In this document: positions 8,638 through 17,383 of the stretch, in pieces
Layout of the letters: each line of letters starts with the position of its first letter
Numbering within the stretch: the first letter of the stretch is position 1
From: Holophagaceae bacterium UBA1801
GTDB taxonomy: Bacteria; Acidobacteriota; Holophagae; Holophagales; Holophagaceae
Direction of reading: 5' to 3'
NCBI GenBank assembly: GCA_002319925.1
Contig: DCFP01000094.1
Coordinates: forward strand, 13,839-39,987
DNA: 26,149 bases
Notes under the pieces: model-generated
What the model saw: the letters and a program-made list of their open reading frames with translations, nothing else
The model's database searches: none
What the model was told of the DNA's origin: nothing
Translations under genes and position numbers: made by a program

Positions 8638-8778
8638 TGGCCGTACGATCATCGATCATCCTCGAATTCATGATTCCTATTCCTTCTCTGGCACACTGGA
8701 TCTTTCCGCTGGAATTTGGATGGCAATGCCCGACCGTGACAGAGATATCAGGATTGCGCCGTTGATTCAGGTGCGCTC

Positions 8779-9525
8779 ATGATCCAGCTCTCGGACGTCA
8801 ACAAGGCCTTCCGCGTGAAGGACCGGAAGACGCGGGCCTGGAAGCGCATCGAAGCCGTGAAATCACTCTCCTTCCAGGTCCGCGCGGGTGAGATCTACGG
8901 CCTGCTCGGCCCCAATGGCGCGGGCAAGTCCACGACCTTGCGCATGATCGTGGGGCTCATGAAACCCGATTCGGGCTCCATCAGAATCTGCGATCTCGAT
9001 ACCCAGGAGAAGCCCGAGCCGTGCCGCTCCCTGGTGGGCTATCTCTCCACGGATATCAGCGTCTACACGCGCTTCACGCCGCGGGAACTGCTGCGGATTT
9101 TCGGGGAATTCCAAGGGCTGGATCCCCGGGTGGCCGAACGCCGCGGGATGGGGCTGTTGGAGAAACTGCAGCTCAAGGATTTCGCGGATATCCGCATGGA
9201 GGGCTTCTCCTCGGGCCAGAAGCAGAAGGTCTCCATCGCCAGGGCTCTGCTGCACGATCCGGTGGCGGTGATCTTCGACGAGCCCACCACGGGCCTCGAT
9301 GTCTTCACGGCCAAGACCGTGCTGGACCTGCTGCGAATACTGAAATCCGAAGGCCGCGCGGTGATTGTTTCCACGCACTTGATGCCCATGGTGGAGGAGA
9401 TCTGCGACCGCGTGGGCATCATCTTCGGCGGTGAACTGCACGGCGACGCCCCTCCAGCGGAGATGCTGGAACGCTGGAAGGTCCACAGCCTCGAGGAGGT
9501 CTTCTTCAAGCTGGCGGTCCCATGA
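8779..9525 (+). CDS. ABC transporter ATP-binding protein (NatA-like)
   Basis: Walker A GLLGPNGAGKSTT, ABC signature FSSGQKQKVSIARALL, and Walker B VIFDEPTTGLD. The stop overlaps the permease start by 4 nt (ATGA). Confidence 0.85.
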   Translation: MIQLSDVNKAFRVKDRKTRAWKRIEAVKSLSFQVRAGEIYGLLGPNGAGKSTTLRMIVGLMKPDSGSIRICDLDTQEKPEPCRSLVGYLSTDISVYTRFTPRELLRIFGEFQGLDPRVAERRGMGLLEKLQLKDFADIRMEGFSSGQKQKVSIARALLHDPVAVIFDEPTTGLDVFTAKTVLDLLRILKSEGRAVIVSTHLMPMVEEICDRVGIIFGGELHGDAPPAEMLERWKVHSLEEVFFKLAVP

Positions 9526-10739
9526 AGGGCACGCTGCTCATCTGCAAGAAGGAATTCCTGGAACTGTCCAAGGACAGACGGACCCTCTTCTTCTCCTTCG
9601 TGCTGCCGATCCTGCTCTATCCCGTGGTCTTCTTCATCATGGCTAGCCTGGGCCGCAATGATCAGACCCAGCGCGAGGGCCAGCCCAGCCGCGTACAGAT
9701 CGTGGATCCATCCCAGATCGTGGAACCCTGGCTGAAGTCCGATCCCAAGCTCTTCGAATGCAGCGATGGGAGGCCCGCGAATCTGCAGCAGGCCTTCAAG
9801 GATCACACCCTGGACCTCGCCATCGAAGTGGAAGCTTCCGCCGGGGCCAGGGTGAAACGCCAGGAACCCTACCGCATCCGCGTGTGGCTGGATGAGAGCG
9901 AGCCCGCCAGCGAACTGGCGCTGCAACGGATGCGTGATGCGGTGAAGGAACTGGACAAGCGGCAAGTATCCGAGCGGCTCGGCGCACTGGGCGCGTCCTT
10001 GCAGATCATCGAACCCAGCAGGATCCTCACGGAGAATGTGGCAGATCCCGGCCTCGCGCTGGGCAAGCTCCTGGGTTCATTTCTTCCCTACATCCTGATG
10101 CTGATGATGTTCCAGGGCGCCATGCAGCACGGCATCTACGTCACCGCGGGAGAGAAGGAGCGGGGAACCCTGCAGAGCCTGCTGGCCACGAGCCTGCCGC
10201 GCAGCCAGATCATCTGGGGGAAACTGATCTACATCTTCTGCATGGGCCTCATCGCCGCCGTTCTGAACTTGCTGAGCATGGGCATCTCCCTGGGGTTGGT
10301 GCTGGGGAGAGTGGCCGAGCACCCGGCGGGGAGCGCAGGCCTTGCCTCCGCGCATCTGGCGGCCATGACCAGTCCCGTGAATCTTTTGATCTGCTTCCTG
10401 CTCTTCGTGCCCCTGGGGCTCCTGTTCACGAGCTTCATTCTGTTCATGGGCATCCGGGCGAAGACCACCGCGGAGGCGGGCACCTCCCTCATGCCGGGGC
10501 TGTTCCTGATCATTACCCTCGGCGCCTTCTCCATGGCCCCGGGCATCGAGCGGATGCCGCTCCTGCCCTATGTGCCGGTCCTGAACGTGAGTCTTGCGAT
10601 CCGCAAACTTTTCGGCCAACAGAGCAGTTTCTTCGAGATCCTGATCGCGTTTTTCATGACCGCGGGCCTGGCGATCCTCATGACCTGGATCGCCACACGG
10701 CTTCTGGACCGGGAGTCGGCGATCTTCAAGCAGGGATGA
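9522..10739 (+). CDS. ABC-2 family transporter permease (NatB-like)
   Basis: An N-terminal TM helix, a large extracytoplasmic loop, and a C-terminal cluster of 5 TM helices, as in the NatB/ABC-2 architecture. Translationally coupled to the upstream ATPase. Confidence 0.75.
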   Translation: MKGTLLICKKEFLELSKDRRTLFFSFVLPILLYPVVFFIMASLGRNDQTQREGQPSRVQIVDPSQIVEPWLKSDPKLFECSDGRPANLQQAFKDHTLDLAIEVEASAGARVKRQEPYRIRVWLDESEPASELALQRMRDAVKELDKRQVSERLGALGASLQIIEPSRILTENVADPGLALGKLLGSFLPYILMLMMFQGAMQHGIYVTAGEKERGTLQSLLATSLPRSQIIWGKLIYIFCMGLIAAVLNLLSMGISLGLVLGRVAEHPAGSAGLASAHLAAMTSPVNLLICFLLFVPLGLLFTSFILFMGIRAKTTAEAGTSLMPGLFLIITLGAFSMAPGIERMPLLPYVPVLNVSLAIRKLFGQQSSFFEILIAFFMTAGLAILMTWIATRLLDRESAIFKQG

Positions 10740-10802
10740 CCCCTGCGACGGACTTGGATTTCTGCGCTATAGTGGGGTTTCAGTTACATCCTGAGGACAA
10801 GC

Positions 10803-11318
10803 ATGCCAACCAAAACGAAGACAGCCGGATCTGAACCTTCCAGCACTGCGACTTCGCTGGAGGCCATGTTTTCCGAAGCTCTCGCACTGGTGGACAAGAA
10901 GGATTTCAAGAAGGCCACCGAGGCACTGGAGGCGCTCCAGGCGGAGGCGAGCCGTCAGGGCCAGGTGGGCATGGCCCGTTCCGCCAGGAATTACCTCCTT
11001 GCCATCAAGGCTCAATCCGAGAAGAAACCGGAAGAACCCTCACGTCCCGAGCTGGCGGCTCAGCTCGCGCTGAATCGCGGCAAAGCGGACGAGGCCCTGG
11101 CGGTGCTGGAGCCGGCGCTGAAGGCGAAGCCCGATGACGCAAAGCTGCTCTATCTCAAGGCCAGCGCCTACGCCCAGAAGGATGAGGCCGAGGCCGCCGC
11201 CGAGTCCTTGAAGAAGGCGGTGTCGCTGAACCAGGATTTCCGTCACCAGTTCCGCATGGAGCGCGACTTCGATCACGTCCGTTCCTCGGCCGTCTTCATC
11301 TCCCTCGGCTTGGACTAG
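10803..11318 (+). CDS. TPR-like helical repeat protein (hypothetical)
   Basis: GAGGA Shine-Dalgarno sequence 5 nt upstream. Ala/Lys/Glu-rich helical repeats with TPR-like A..Y...G/A...L spacing (EALAVLEPALKAKPDDAKLLYLKASAYAQKDEAEAAAESLKKAVSLN). Confidence 0.5.
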   Translation: MPTKTKTAGSEPSSTATSLEAMFSEALALVDKKDFKKATEALEALQAEASRQGQVGMARSARNYLLAIKAQSEKKPEEPSRPELAAQLALNRGKADEALAVLEPALKAKPDDAKLLYLKASAYAQKDEAEAAAESLKKAVSLNQDFRHQFRMERDFDHVRSSAVFISLGLD

Positions 11319-11324
11319 GGCTCA

Positions 11325-12314
11325 GTGAAGGGCCAGCGCGGACTCCACTCCGATCAGCCGCTGAAGGTCGTGGCCATCGGAGGGGGCACGGGTCTCGCTG
11401 CGCTCCTGCGGGCTTTGAAGAACGAGGCCGGCCGCAGCCGCGACCCATGGAAGCTCACGGGTGTCGTGACGGTTTCGGACAACGGAGGTTCCTCGGGCAG
11501 GCTCCGCGCTGAGCTGGGAGGAATCCCGCCCGGTGATCTGAGGAACTGCCTATCCGCGCTCACGCAAGAGGAATCCGTTCTCTCCGACATGCTGAACTAT
11601 CGCTTCAAGGGCGAAGGGAACATGGCCGGGCACTCCCTTGGCAACCTCATGCTGCTCGCCATGGCGGATATCACCGGCGACTGGGTGCGCGCCATCCGCC
11701 AGCTCTCGGGCGTGCTGGTGACCGTGGGCAGGCTGTATCCGTCGACGGTCGTGCCTGTGACCCTTTGCGCGGAAGACTTCGATGGAACCAGGTACGTCGG
11801 CGAGACCTCGGTCAATTCCTGCAAACCTCCCGTCTCGCGCATATGGCTGGAGCCCCTCGACGCGGAGCCATTGCCGGAAGCGCTGCTGGCCATCATGCAG
11901 GCGGACCTCATCCTGCTGGCCCCGGGCAGCCTCTACACCTCCACCGTCGCGAACCTGCTCATCCCCGAATTGAGGATGACCATCGCCCGCACCGAGGCAC
12001 CCGTGGTCTACGTCGCGAACCTGATGACGGAACCGGGCGAGAGCTCGGGCCTGGACCTGGAAACTCATGTGGCCACGCTGCAGGCCTTCGGGTGTTTCCC
12101 CATCCACGCCGTTCTGGCCAACAGTGCCCCCCTGGCGGAACCCGTCCTCCGTCGGTACCTGGACGAAGGGGGCTCCCCCTTGAGTTCCACGCAACCGCTA
12201 CTGTGTGGGGTACCTGTATTTTCACAGCCCTTGCTTGACCCCGAAGCGCAACTGGCGAGACATCATCCAACCTTGTTGAACCAAGCTCTGAGAGAAGTCA
12301 TCGAATCCTTATAG
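11325..12314 (+). CDS. YvcK/CofD-like (UPF0052) gluconeogenesis-factor family protein
   Basis: The N-terminal KVVAIGGGTGLAALLRALK...VVTVSDNGGSSGRLRAELGGIPPGDLRNCL...GHSLGNLMLLAM matches the YvcK/CofD fold signature. The start is GTG. Confidence 0.75.
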   Translation: MKGQRGLHSDQPLKVVAIGGGTGLAALLRALKNEAGRSRDPWKLTGVVTVSDNGGSSGRLRAELGGIPPGDLRNCLSALTQEESVLSDMLNYRFKGEGNMAGHSLGNLMLLAMADITGDWVRAIRQLSGVLVTVGRLYPSTVVPVTLCAEDFDGTRYVGETSVNSCKPPVSRIWLEPLDAEPLPEALLAIMQADLILLAPGSLYTSTVANLLIPELRMTIARTEAPVVYVANLMTEPGESSGLDLETHVATLQAFGCFPIHAVLANSAPLAEPVLRRYLDEGGSPLSSTQPLLCGVPVFSQPLLDPEAQLARHHPTLLNQALREVIESL

Positions 12315-12374
12315 TTCGGCTCCCTCGCCGTCACGCCAAGACAACTTGACCAGTCAAGCCGTTCACCGGCATAA

Positions 12375-12425
12375 GGAGCCGCAGCAAAATCAACTGAACT
12401 GCAATTTTTATTTTGACGCGGCTCC
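12375..12425. promoter_or_regulatory. 8-bp inverted repeat (ggagccgc / gcggctcc) bracketing a 35-nt AT-rich box upstream of the PATAN gene
   Basis: ggagccgc-agcaaaatcaactgaactgcaatttttattttgac-gcggctcc. A second palindrome cttgac-ca-gtcaag lies at ~12345-12358. The locally low GC is consistent with a promoter/operator. Confidence 0.3.
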
Positions 12426-12520
12426 TAACTTTCCGAAGAGTAGGAAGGATGCCCTTGATCAGCAGGGCGAGGAATGGCTACGATTCGCCAAGTGAAGACT
12501 TCTGGAGGGAACAAACAGGC

Positions 12521-13645
12521 ATGGGTTTGATGGGTGATCTGACCACGATGGGACTGGAAGACATCTTCCAGTGGCTGGCCGTGGGCAAGAAAACCGGCGT
12601 CCTCGAACTCAAGGGATTTCTCCACACCAAGCGGGTCTTCTTCCACGACGGCAAGGTCACCAGCGTCTGGTCCTCGGACCCCCGCGAATACCTGGGTCAG
12701 TATCTCCTCGCCTACAACCGCATCAACGAAGAGCAGTTGCGGGAAGCCCTGGCCTCCCAGGAAGACGAGAACCAGCTCCTGGGCCGCATCCTCGTCAACC
12801 GCCAGCTCATCACGGAGACCGAGATCCGGCGCATCGTGCAGTTGAAGGTGGAGGAATCCATCTACGACACCTTCCTGTGGGACATCGGCTCCTTCGAGTT
12901 CCACGATGGCCAGACGCCTCCCCAGAAGACCATGCTGTTGAGCCTGGATGTCACGGGCATCGTGCTGGAAGGCGCCCGGCGCGTGGACGAGTGGAAGCTG
13001 ATCCGGAGCGTCATCAAGGGCGGCGATGCGGTACTGGTGGCCGTTTCCGAAGCCATCGCCGAGATGCTGCCCCTGGCCCCCGAAGATGCGGATCTATTGG
13101 GACGGTTGGACGGACACAAGACCATCGATCAAGTGGTCATCGAGATGCGCGCCCCGGAATTCAAGGTGCACAAGCTGGTCTTCGACCTCCATGAAAAGGG
13201 CATGGTGCGCATCATCCGCCCCGGCGGCAAGCTGGGCGACCGTTCCAGCTTGCAGCTCCAGCGGGCGCGGCAACTGGTGGAAAAGCAGAAGCTCCAGGAA
13301 GCCCAGGAAGAGCTGCGGCTCATCCTCCATGATCAGCCCAAGCTCCAGGAAGCCACCCGCATGCTCGAAGTGGTGGAGCACCTGCTGGAGGAAGTGACCC
13401 TGGATGAGTCCCTGATTCCCGAGCTGGCAGTGAGCATCGAAGAGCTCATGCAGGCCCAGTTGGGCCCTAATGAAGCGTTCCTCGCCACCCGCGTGAACTC
13501 CGTCTGGAGCATCAAGGACATCATCTCCATCTCGCCTTTTCCCCACGACGAGTGCATGGCCATCTTTGCCAAACTGCTCAAGCGTGGGATTCTCAAGGCA
13601 CAGAAACCCCACGCAGGAGGAGCCCAGCCCGGTCTGCGGCGTTGA
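12521..13645 (+). CDS. PATAN/DUF4388 domain protein
   Basis: The N-terminal MGLMGDLTTMGLEDIFQWLAVGKKTGVLELKG matches the DUF4388 (PATAN) start (G-L-x-x-x-L-x-D-L-Q-x-L-x-x-x-K-T-G-x-L). The rest of the protein is long and helical. The start is set at the ATG at 12521 (GGAGG 12 nt upstream) rather than the track's 12413, which lies inside the IR/AT-box. Confidence 0.6.
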   Translation: MGLMGDLTTMGLEDIFQWLAVGKKTGVLELKGFLHTKRVFFHDGKVTSVWSSDPREYLGQYLLAYNRINEEQLREALASQEDENQLLGRILVNRQLITETEIRRIVQLKVEESIYDTFLWDIGSFEFHDGQTPPQKTMLLSLDVTGIVLEGARRVDEWKLIRSVIKGGDAVLVAVSEAIAEMLPLAPEDADLLGRLDGHKTIDQVVIEMRAPEFKVHKLVFDLHEKGMVRIIRPGGKLGDRSSLQLQRARQLVEKQKLQEAQEELRLILHDQPKLQEATRMLEVVEHLLEEVTLDESLIPELAVSIEELMQAQLGPNEAFLATRVNSVWSIKDIISISPFPHDECMAIFAKLLKRGILKAQKPHAGGAQPGLRR

Positions 13646-13673
13646 GAGCCTCCTGAATCACGGAGGAACTCAC

Positions 13674-14375
13674 ATGCGCATGCTCGTTATCTGCACCTTG
13701 GCCGCATGGTTCGGTATCGCTCCGGCGATGGCGGCGCCCAAGGTGAAACCCCCCACGGTTGCGCAGCTCAAGACCCAGATCAAACAACTCACCCAGGAAC
13801 GGGACGACCTGAAGGACCGGCTCAAGGCCACGGAAGAACTGCAGCAGGACCTTGCCGCAGCCCAGAAGAGCCGGGACCTGGCACGGCAGAACGGCGATGC
13901 ACTGCAGAAGCAACTGGACGAGCTCAAGGCCTCCTTGGCGGAAAACCAGAGCGGCTCGGACGCCATCCTCAAGGAACTCCAGCAGGCCAAGGCCGATCTG
14001 GCCGCTTGCACCGTTGAGAAGGAAACCCTCCAGAAGAGTCTGGATGAAGCCACGGCCAAGGCCAATGCCCCGGCCGATCACCCGGTCGAACTGCCGGACA
14101 TCATCCCCGCCCGCGCCCTGAACCTCAACCGCGTGACGCCCAGCGTCCGGAACGTGAGCCGGGGCGTGGTGGTCGTCAACGTGCTCATCAACGAGAGCGG
14201 TGAAGTGCTCAACACCAAGCTCATCCAAGGCCTGCCCGGGAATGATATCGATGTGCAGAAGGCCAACGAGGCCTGCCTGGAAGCTGCCAAGCGCATTGTC
14301 TTCGACCCAGCCCGCTCCGCCGATGGCAAGACCAAGCTGAGGGTCTGGCAGGCCGTGGGCTTCCTGGTGAATTGA
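13674..14375 (+). CDS. Secreted coiled-coil protein with a TonB-C-terminal-like domain
   Basis: GGAGG 10 nt upstream of ATG. Signal peptide MRMLVICTLAAWFGIAPAMAAP, then ~110 aa of coiled coil (QLKTQIKQLTQERDDLKDRLKATEELQQDLAAAQ...), then a C-terminal ~90 aa resembling the TonB_C/energy-transducer fold (VVVNVLINESGEVLNTKLIQGLPGNDIDVQKANEACLEAAKRIVFDPARSADGKTKLRVWQAVGF). Confidence 0.55.
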   Translation: MRMLVICTLAAWFGIAPAMAAPKVKPPTVAQLKTQIKQLTQERDDLKDRLKATEELQQDLAAAQKSRDLARQNGDALQKQLDELKASLAENQSGSDAILKELQQAKADLAACTVEKETLQKSLDEATAKANAPADHPVELPDIIPARALNLNRVTPSVRNVSRGVVVVNVLINESGEVLNTKLIQGLPGNDIDVQKANEACLEAAKRIVFDPARSADGKTKLRVWQAVGFLVN

Positions 14376-14408
14376 TCCAAAGGCGACCTTTTCTATTGCG
14401 AGTCCTTA

Positions 14409-15302
14409 TCATGGTCCCGGCTGGATCGATCTCCGGACGTGTTCGAGAAAAGTCCTTTCGGCGTTTCCCAATTGCCTTCGCGGGTTCCACACGAGATGGG
14501 TGGCGAACTGGATCTCAGGGCCCTCCCAAGGGAGGGAAATGAGCCTTCCGGCGCGCAGCTCTTCCTCCACCGCCATCCGGGGCAAGGGCGCGATGCCGAG
14601 CCCCGCTTCAACACAACGCTTGATGGTCTCGACGCTCTGGAATTCCAGGCTCTGGCCAGGGTGCGCATCGGCGGCGATGAGCTGCCGCTCGAACTGATTG
14701 CGGTAGCTGCAGCCGAGGGCCTTGAGCAGCACCGACTCTCTCAGGAGGTCGTGGGCCGAGACACTTCGCGCCTTGGCCAGCCGGTGCGAAGGCGAGGCCA
14801 GGATCAGGATTTGTTCGTCCCTCAGCTTCTCCACGGCTAGCGTTTTGGAAGGAAAGGATTCCTCCAGGATGAAGGCCAGATCCACGACTCCTTCGAGCAC
14901 CTGACGCTTGAAATCCCGGACGAAGCCGGGAAAGAACTGCAGGCGCACATTGGGACATTGCTCCCTGAAGCCCATGAGGACGGGAGGCAGGAGATAGGTG
15001 CAGACCGTTTCCGGGGCCGTGAAGCGCAGGGTGCCGACACCCGCTCCATCCTCGGCCGAGAACGACTTGGCTTCCTCGACCAGGGCGAGGATGCGCTCCG
15101 CGTAGACCAGTAAACTCTCGCAGGGCTTGGCGAGCTCCAGGTGGTTCCCGACCCGGTTGAAGAGCAGGTAACCCAGGGACTCCTCCAGGTTCTTGATCTG
15201 GGTCGTCACGCTGGACTGAGCGTAGCCCAGGGATTCGGCTGCCCGGCTGAAGCTCAGCATGCGTGCGGCGGTGCTGAACGTGGACAGGGTGCGGATTTCC
15301 AT
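14409..15302 (-). CDS. LysR-family transcriptional regulator
   Basis: N-terminal wHTH MEIRTLSTFSTAARMLSFSRAAESLGYAQSSVTTQIKNLEESLG, followed by a LysR substrate-binding domain. Divergent from the MIO-lyase gene. Confidence 0.8.
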   Translation of the reverse strand: MEIRTLSTFSTAARMLSFSRAAESLGYAQSSVTTQIKNLEESLGYLLFNRVGNHLELAKPCESLLVYAERILALVEEAKSFSAEDGAGVGTLRFTAPETVCTYLLPPVLMGFREQCPNVRLQFFPGFVRDFKRQVLEGVVDLAFILEESFPSKTLAVEKLRDEQILILASPSHRLAKARSVSAHDLLRESVLLKALGCSYRNQFERQLIAADAHPGQSLEFQSVETIKRCVEAGLGIAPLPRMAVEEELRAGRLISLPWEGPEIQFATHLVWNPRRQLGNAERTFLEHVRRSIQPGP

Positions 15303-15384
15303 GGGACTAACCTCCGCCTTGCCTCCAATCCCTTTGCGCTCAACGCGACTCCCTCCGATTACATGGACGCGCCCCCAGTAGCAA

Positions 15385-15450
15385 ACAATTCGATTCCAGA
15401 TATCAAAACGATTCGCTTGTTCGATCCTCGATCCCGGATGACATTGGGAT
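15385..15450. promoter_or_regulatory. Candidate operator: four CGATYC direct repeats in the LysR / MIO-lyase divergent intergenic region
   Basis: cgattc appears at ~15391 and ~15419, and cgatcc twice at ~15433-15446, with a gatatc palindrome between the first two. They lie in the 219-bp divergent promoter region. Confidence 0.3.
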
Positions 15451-15521
15451 CATGGGCTGGGCTCTCTCGAAGCCCCGGTCTGAAAGAATCAAAGTTGGTG
15501 AATGAAATCTGGAGGCTGATC

Positions 15522-17150
15522 ATGCAGACCATTTCGATCGACGGCTTTTCCCTCACGCCGGAACTGGTTCTCCGGGTTGCCAGGCCTGAGCAGCCGGTGC
15601 AGGTGGTTCTGGCGCCCAGCGCGCGCAAGGCCCTGCAGGAGACTAGCGCGTTCATCGAGCGGACCTGGATGCACGACGAGGCGCCCCTCATGTACGGCTT
15701 CAACACAGGCGTGGGCCTGCTCAAGGACACCCGCGTAAAGGTCGAGCACATCGACCTCTTCCAGACCCAGCTTATCAATGCCCATGCGGCCGGGCTCGGC
15801 GAGCCCTTTCCCGAGGATGTCTGCCGGGCGGTGATGCTCCTGCGGGCGAACGCTTTGGCGAGCAATTTTTCCGGGGCCAGCGCCGACCTGCTGGATCGCC
15901 TGTTGGCATTCCTGAATGCCGGAATCCACCCGGTCATGCCGCAGAAGGGTTCGGTGGGAGCTTCTGGTGATCTCGCGCCCCTGGCCTATCTGGGAGCGGC
16001 CCTGGTGGGCTTCGAGGAGGCCGAGGTGATCTACCAGGGGCGGCGCATGTCCGCCCCCGAGGCGATCCGGGCGGCGGGCCTCTCCCCCGTCGTTTTCGAA
16101 CAGAAGGCCAAGGAAGCCTCGGCCATGATCAACGGATCTACGGTCTCCCTGGGGGTCGCTGTACTGTCCGCCTGGGATGCGCGCCACCTGCTGATGGACG
16201 CCTGCATTTCACTGGGGTTGACCCTCGAGGCCTTGCGGGCGGATCGCACGGCCTTCGATTCCCGTGTCCACAAGGCTCGCCCCCACAGAGGCCAGATCAA
16301 GACTGCGGATATCATTCGCAGGCTGCTCGAGGGTTCCACTCGCACCAGCCACGAGGCCCGCGCCGTCAAGCTGCCGGAGGAGCTCCGGCGCGCGGACCTG
16401 CCCTACACGCCCCGCATCCAGGACGTCTATTCCCTGCGCTGCTCGCCCCAGGTCTACGGCCCGGTCTTCGATGCCCTCGACCACATCGATGGCATCCTGG
16501 CGACGGAAATGAACTCCGCCACGGACAACCCGCTGATCTTTCCGAAGGAAGAAGGCGGTTTCGAGATCATGTCGGGCGGCAATTTCCACGGCCAGTACCT
16601 GGCCCAGGCCATGGACCTGATGGCCATGGCCATCGCTGATCTGGGCAGCATCTGCGAGCGGCGCATCGCGCGGCTCATCGATCCCTCGATGTCCTGGGGC
16701 CTGCCCCGCAACCTGATGTCCGGCGTTCCCGGCGTCAACACCGGCTACACGGTGGTGCAGTGTTCCATGAGCGCCCTCGTGATGGAGAACCGCACCCTCT
16801 GCATGCCCGGCAGCGTGGACAGCATCCCCGCCAAGGGCAACAGCGAGGACCACGTCTCCAACTCCACCTGGTGCGCCCGCAAGGCGTCCACGGTGATCGC
16901 CAATGTGCAGTACATCGTCGGCGTGGAGATGCTGCTGGCATCCCAGGGCATCACGATGACCGCGGCTCACCTCGAATCTTTCGTGCTCGGCAAGGGCATC
17001 CAGGCCGCCTACGACGAAGTGCGCAAACAGATTCCTGCTTGCCTGGAAGGCGACCGCTGGTACCACCGCGACATCGAAGTGGCGCGATCCTTCGTGCTGA
17101 CCGGGTCTGTGCGGAACGCTGTGGAATCGGTGCTAGGCAAGCTGGGATAG
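15522..17150 (+). CDS. MIO-dependent ammonia-lyase/aminomutase family enzyme (histidine ammonia-lyase-like)
   Basis: GGAGG 6 nt upstream of the ATG at 15522. The MIO-forming Ala-Ser-Gly triad sits in GSVGASGDLAPLAYL. The YGFNTGVG motif has an NTG as in HAL (PAL/TAL carry TTG). The length is 542 aa. Substrate specificity is not resolvable by eye. Confidence 0.8.
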   Translation: MQTISIDGFSLTPELVLRVARPEQPVQVVLAPSARKALQETSAFIERTWMHDEAPLMYGFNTGVGLLKDTRVKVEHIDLFQTQLINAHAAGLGEPFPEDVCRAVMLLRANALASNFSGASADLLDRLLAFLNAGIHPVMPQKGSVGASGDLAPLAYLGAALVGFEEAEVIYQGRRMSAPEAIRAAGLSPVVFEQKAKEASAMINGSTVSLGVAVLSAWDARHLLMDACISLGLTLEALRADRTAFDSRVHKARPHRGQIKTADIIRRLLEGSTRTSHEARAVKLPEELRRADLPYTPRIQDVYSLRCSPQVYGPVFDALDHIDGILATEMNSATDNPLIFPKEEGGFEIMSGGNFHGQYLAQAMDLMAMAIADLGSICERRIARLIDPSMSWGLPRNLMSGVPGVNTGYTVVQCSMSALVMENRTLCMPGSVDSIPAKGNSEDHVSNSTWCARKASTVIANVQYIVGVEMLLASQGITMTAAHLESFVLGKGIQAAYDEVRKQIPACLEGDRWYHRDIEVARSFVLTGSVRNAVESVLGKLG

Positions 17151-17383
17151 GTAGAGAGCGGACCCTCTAAAGCCCTTTCATCGCCAGGTTTGCAGCCTTA
17201 CCCCCCATGACCACTCCATGGGTGGCCCAGGATCTGTTTGACCAAATCGGAACGGGGCCGTGAAGAAGCTTCTGGGTCGCAGGTCGCTGGGACCCAACTG
17301 GTAAATGGACCTGTCCATGATCATCCACCACTGGGATGTACCACCACACCGCCCCGATCAACATGCTTTACTGGCTTCACTAG

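Noticed and set aside
8668-8700. TGGCAC hexamer (sigma54 -24-like) upstream of the ABC transporter
   Set aside because: The required TTGCW -12 element is absent at the fixed spacing (the sequence there is atctt).
10755-10773. TATAGT -10-like hexamer with TTGGAT upstream of the TPR gene
   Set aside because: The spacing between the hexamers is only 8 bp, so the pair is not a credible sigma70 promoter. The TATAGT alone is too weak to call.
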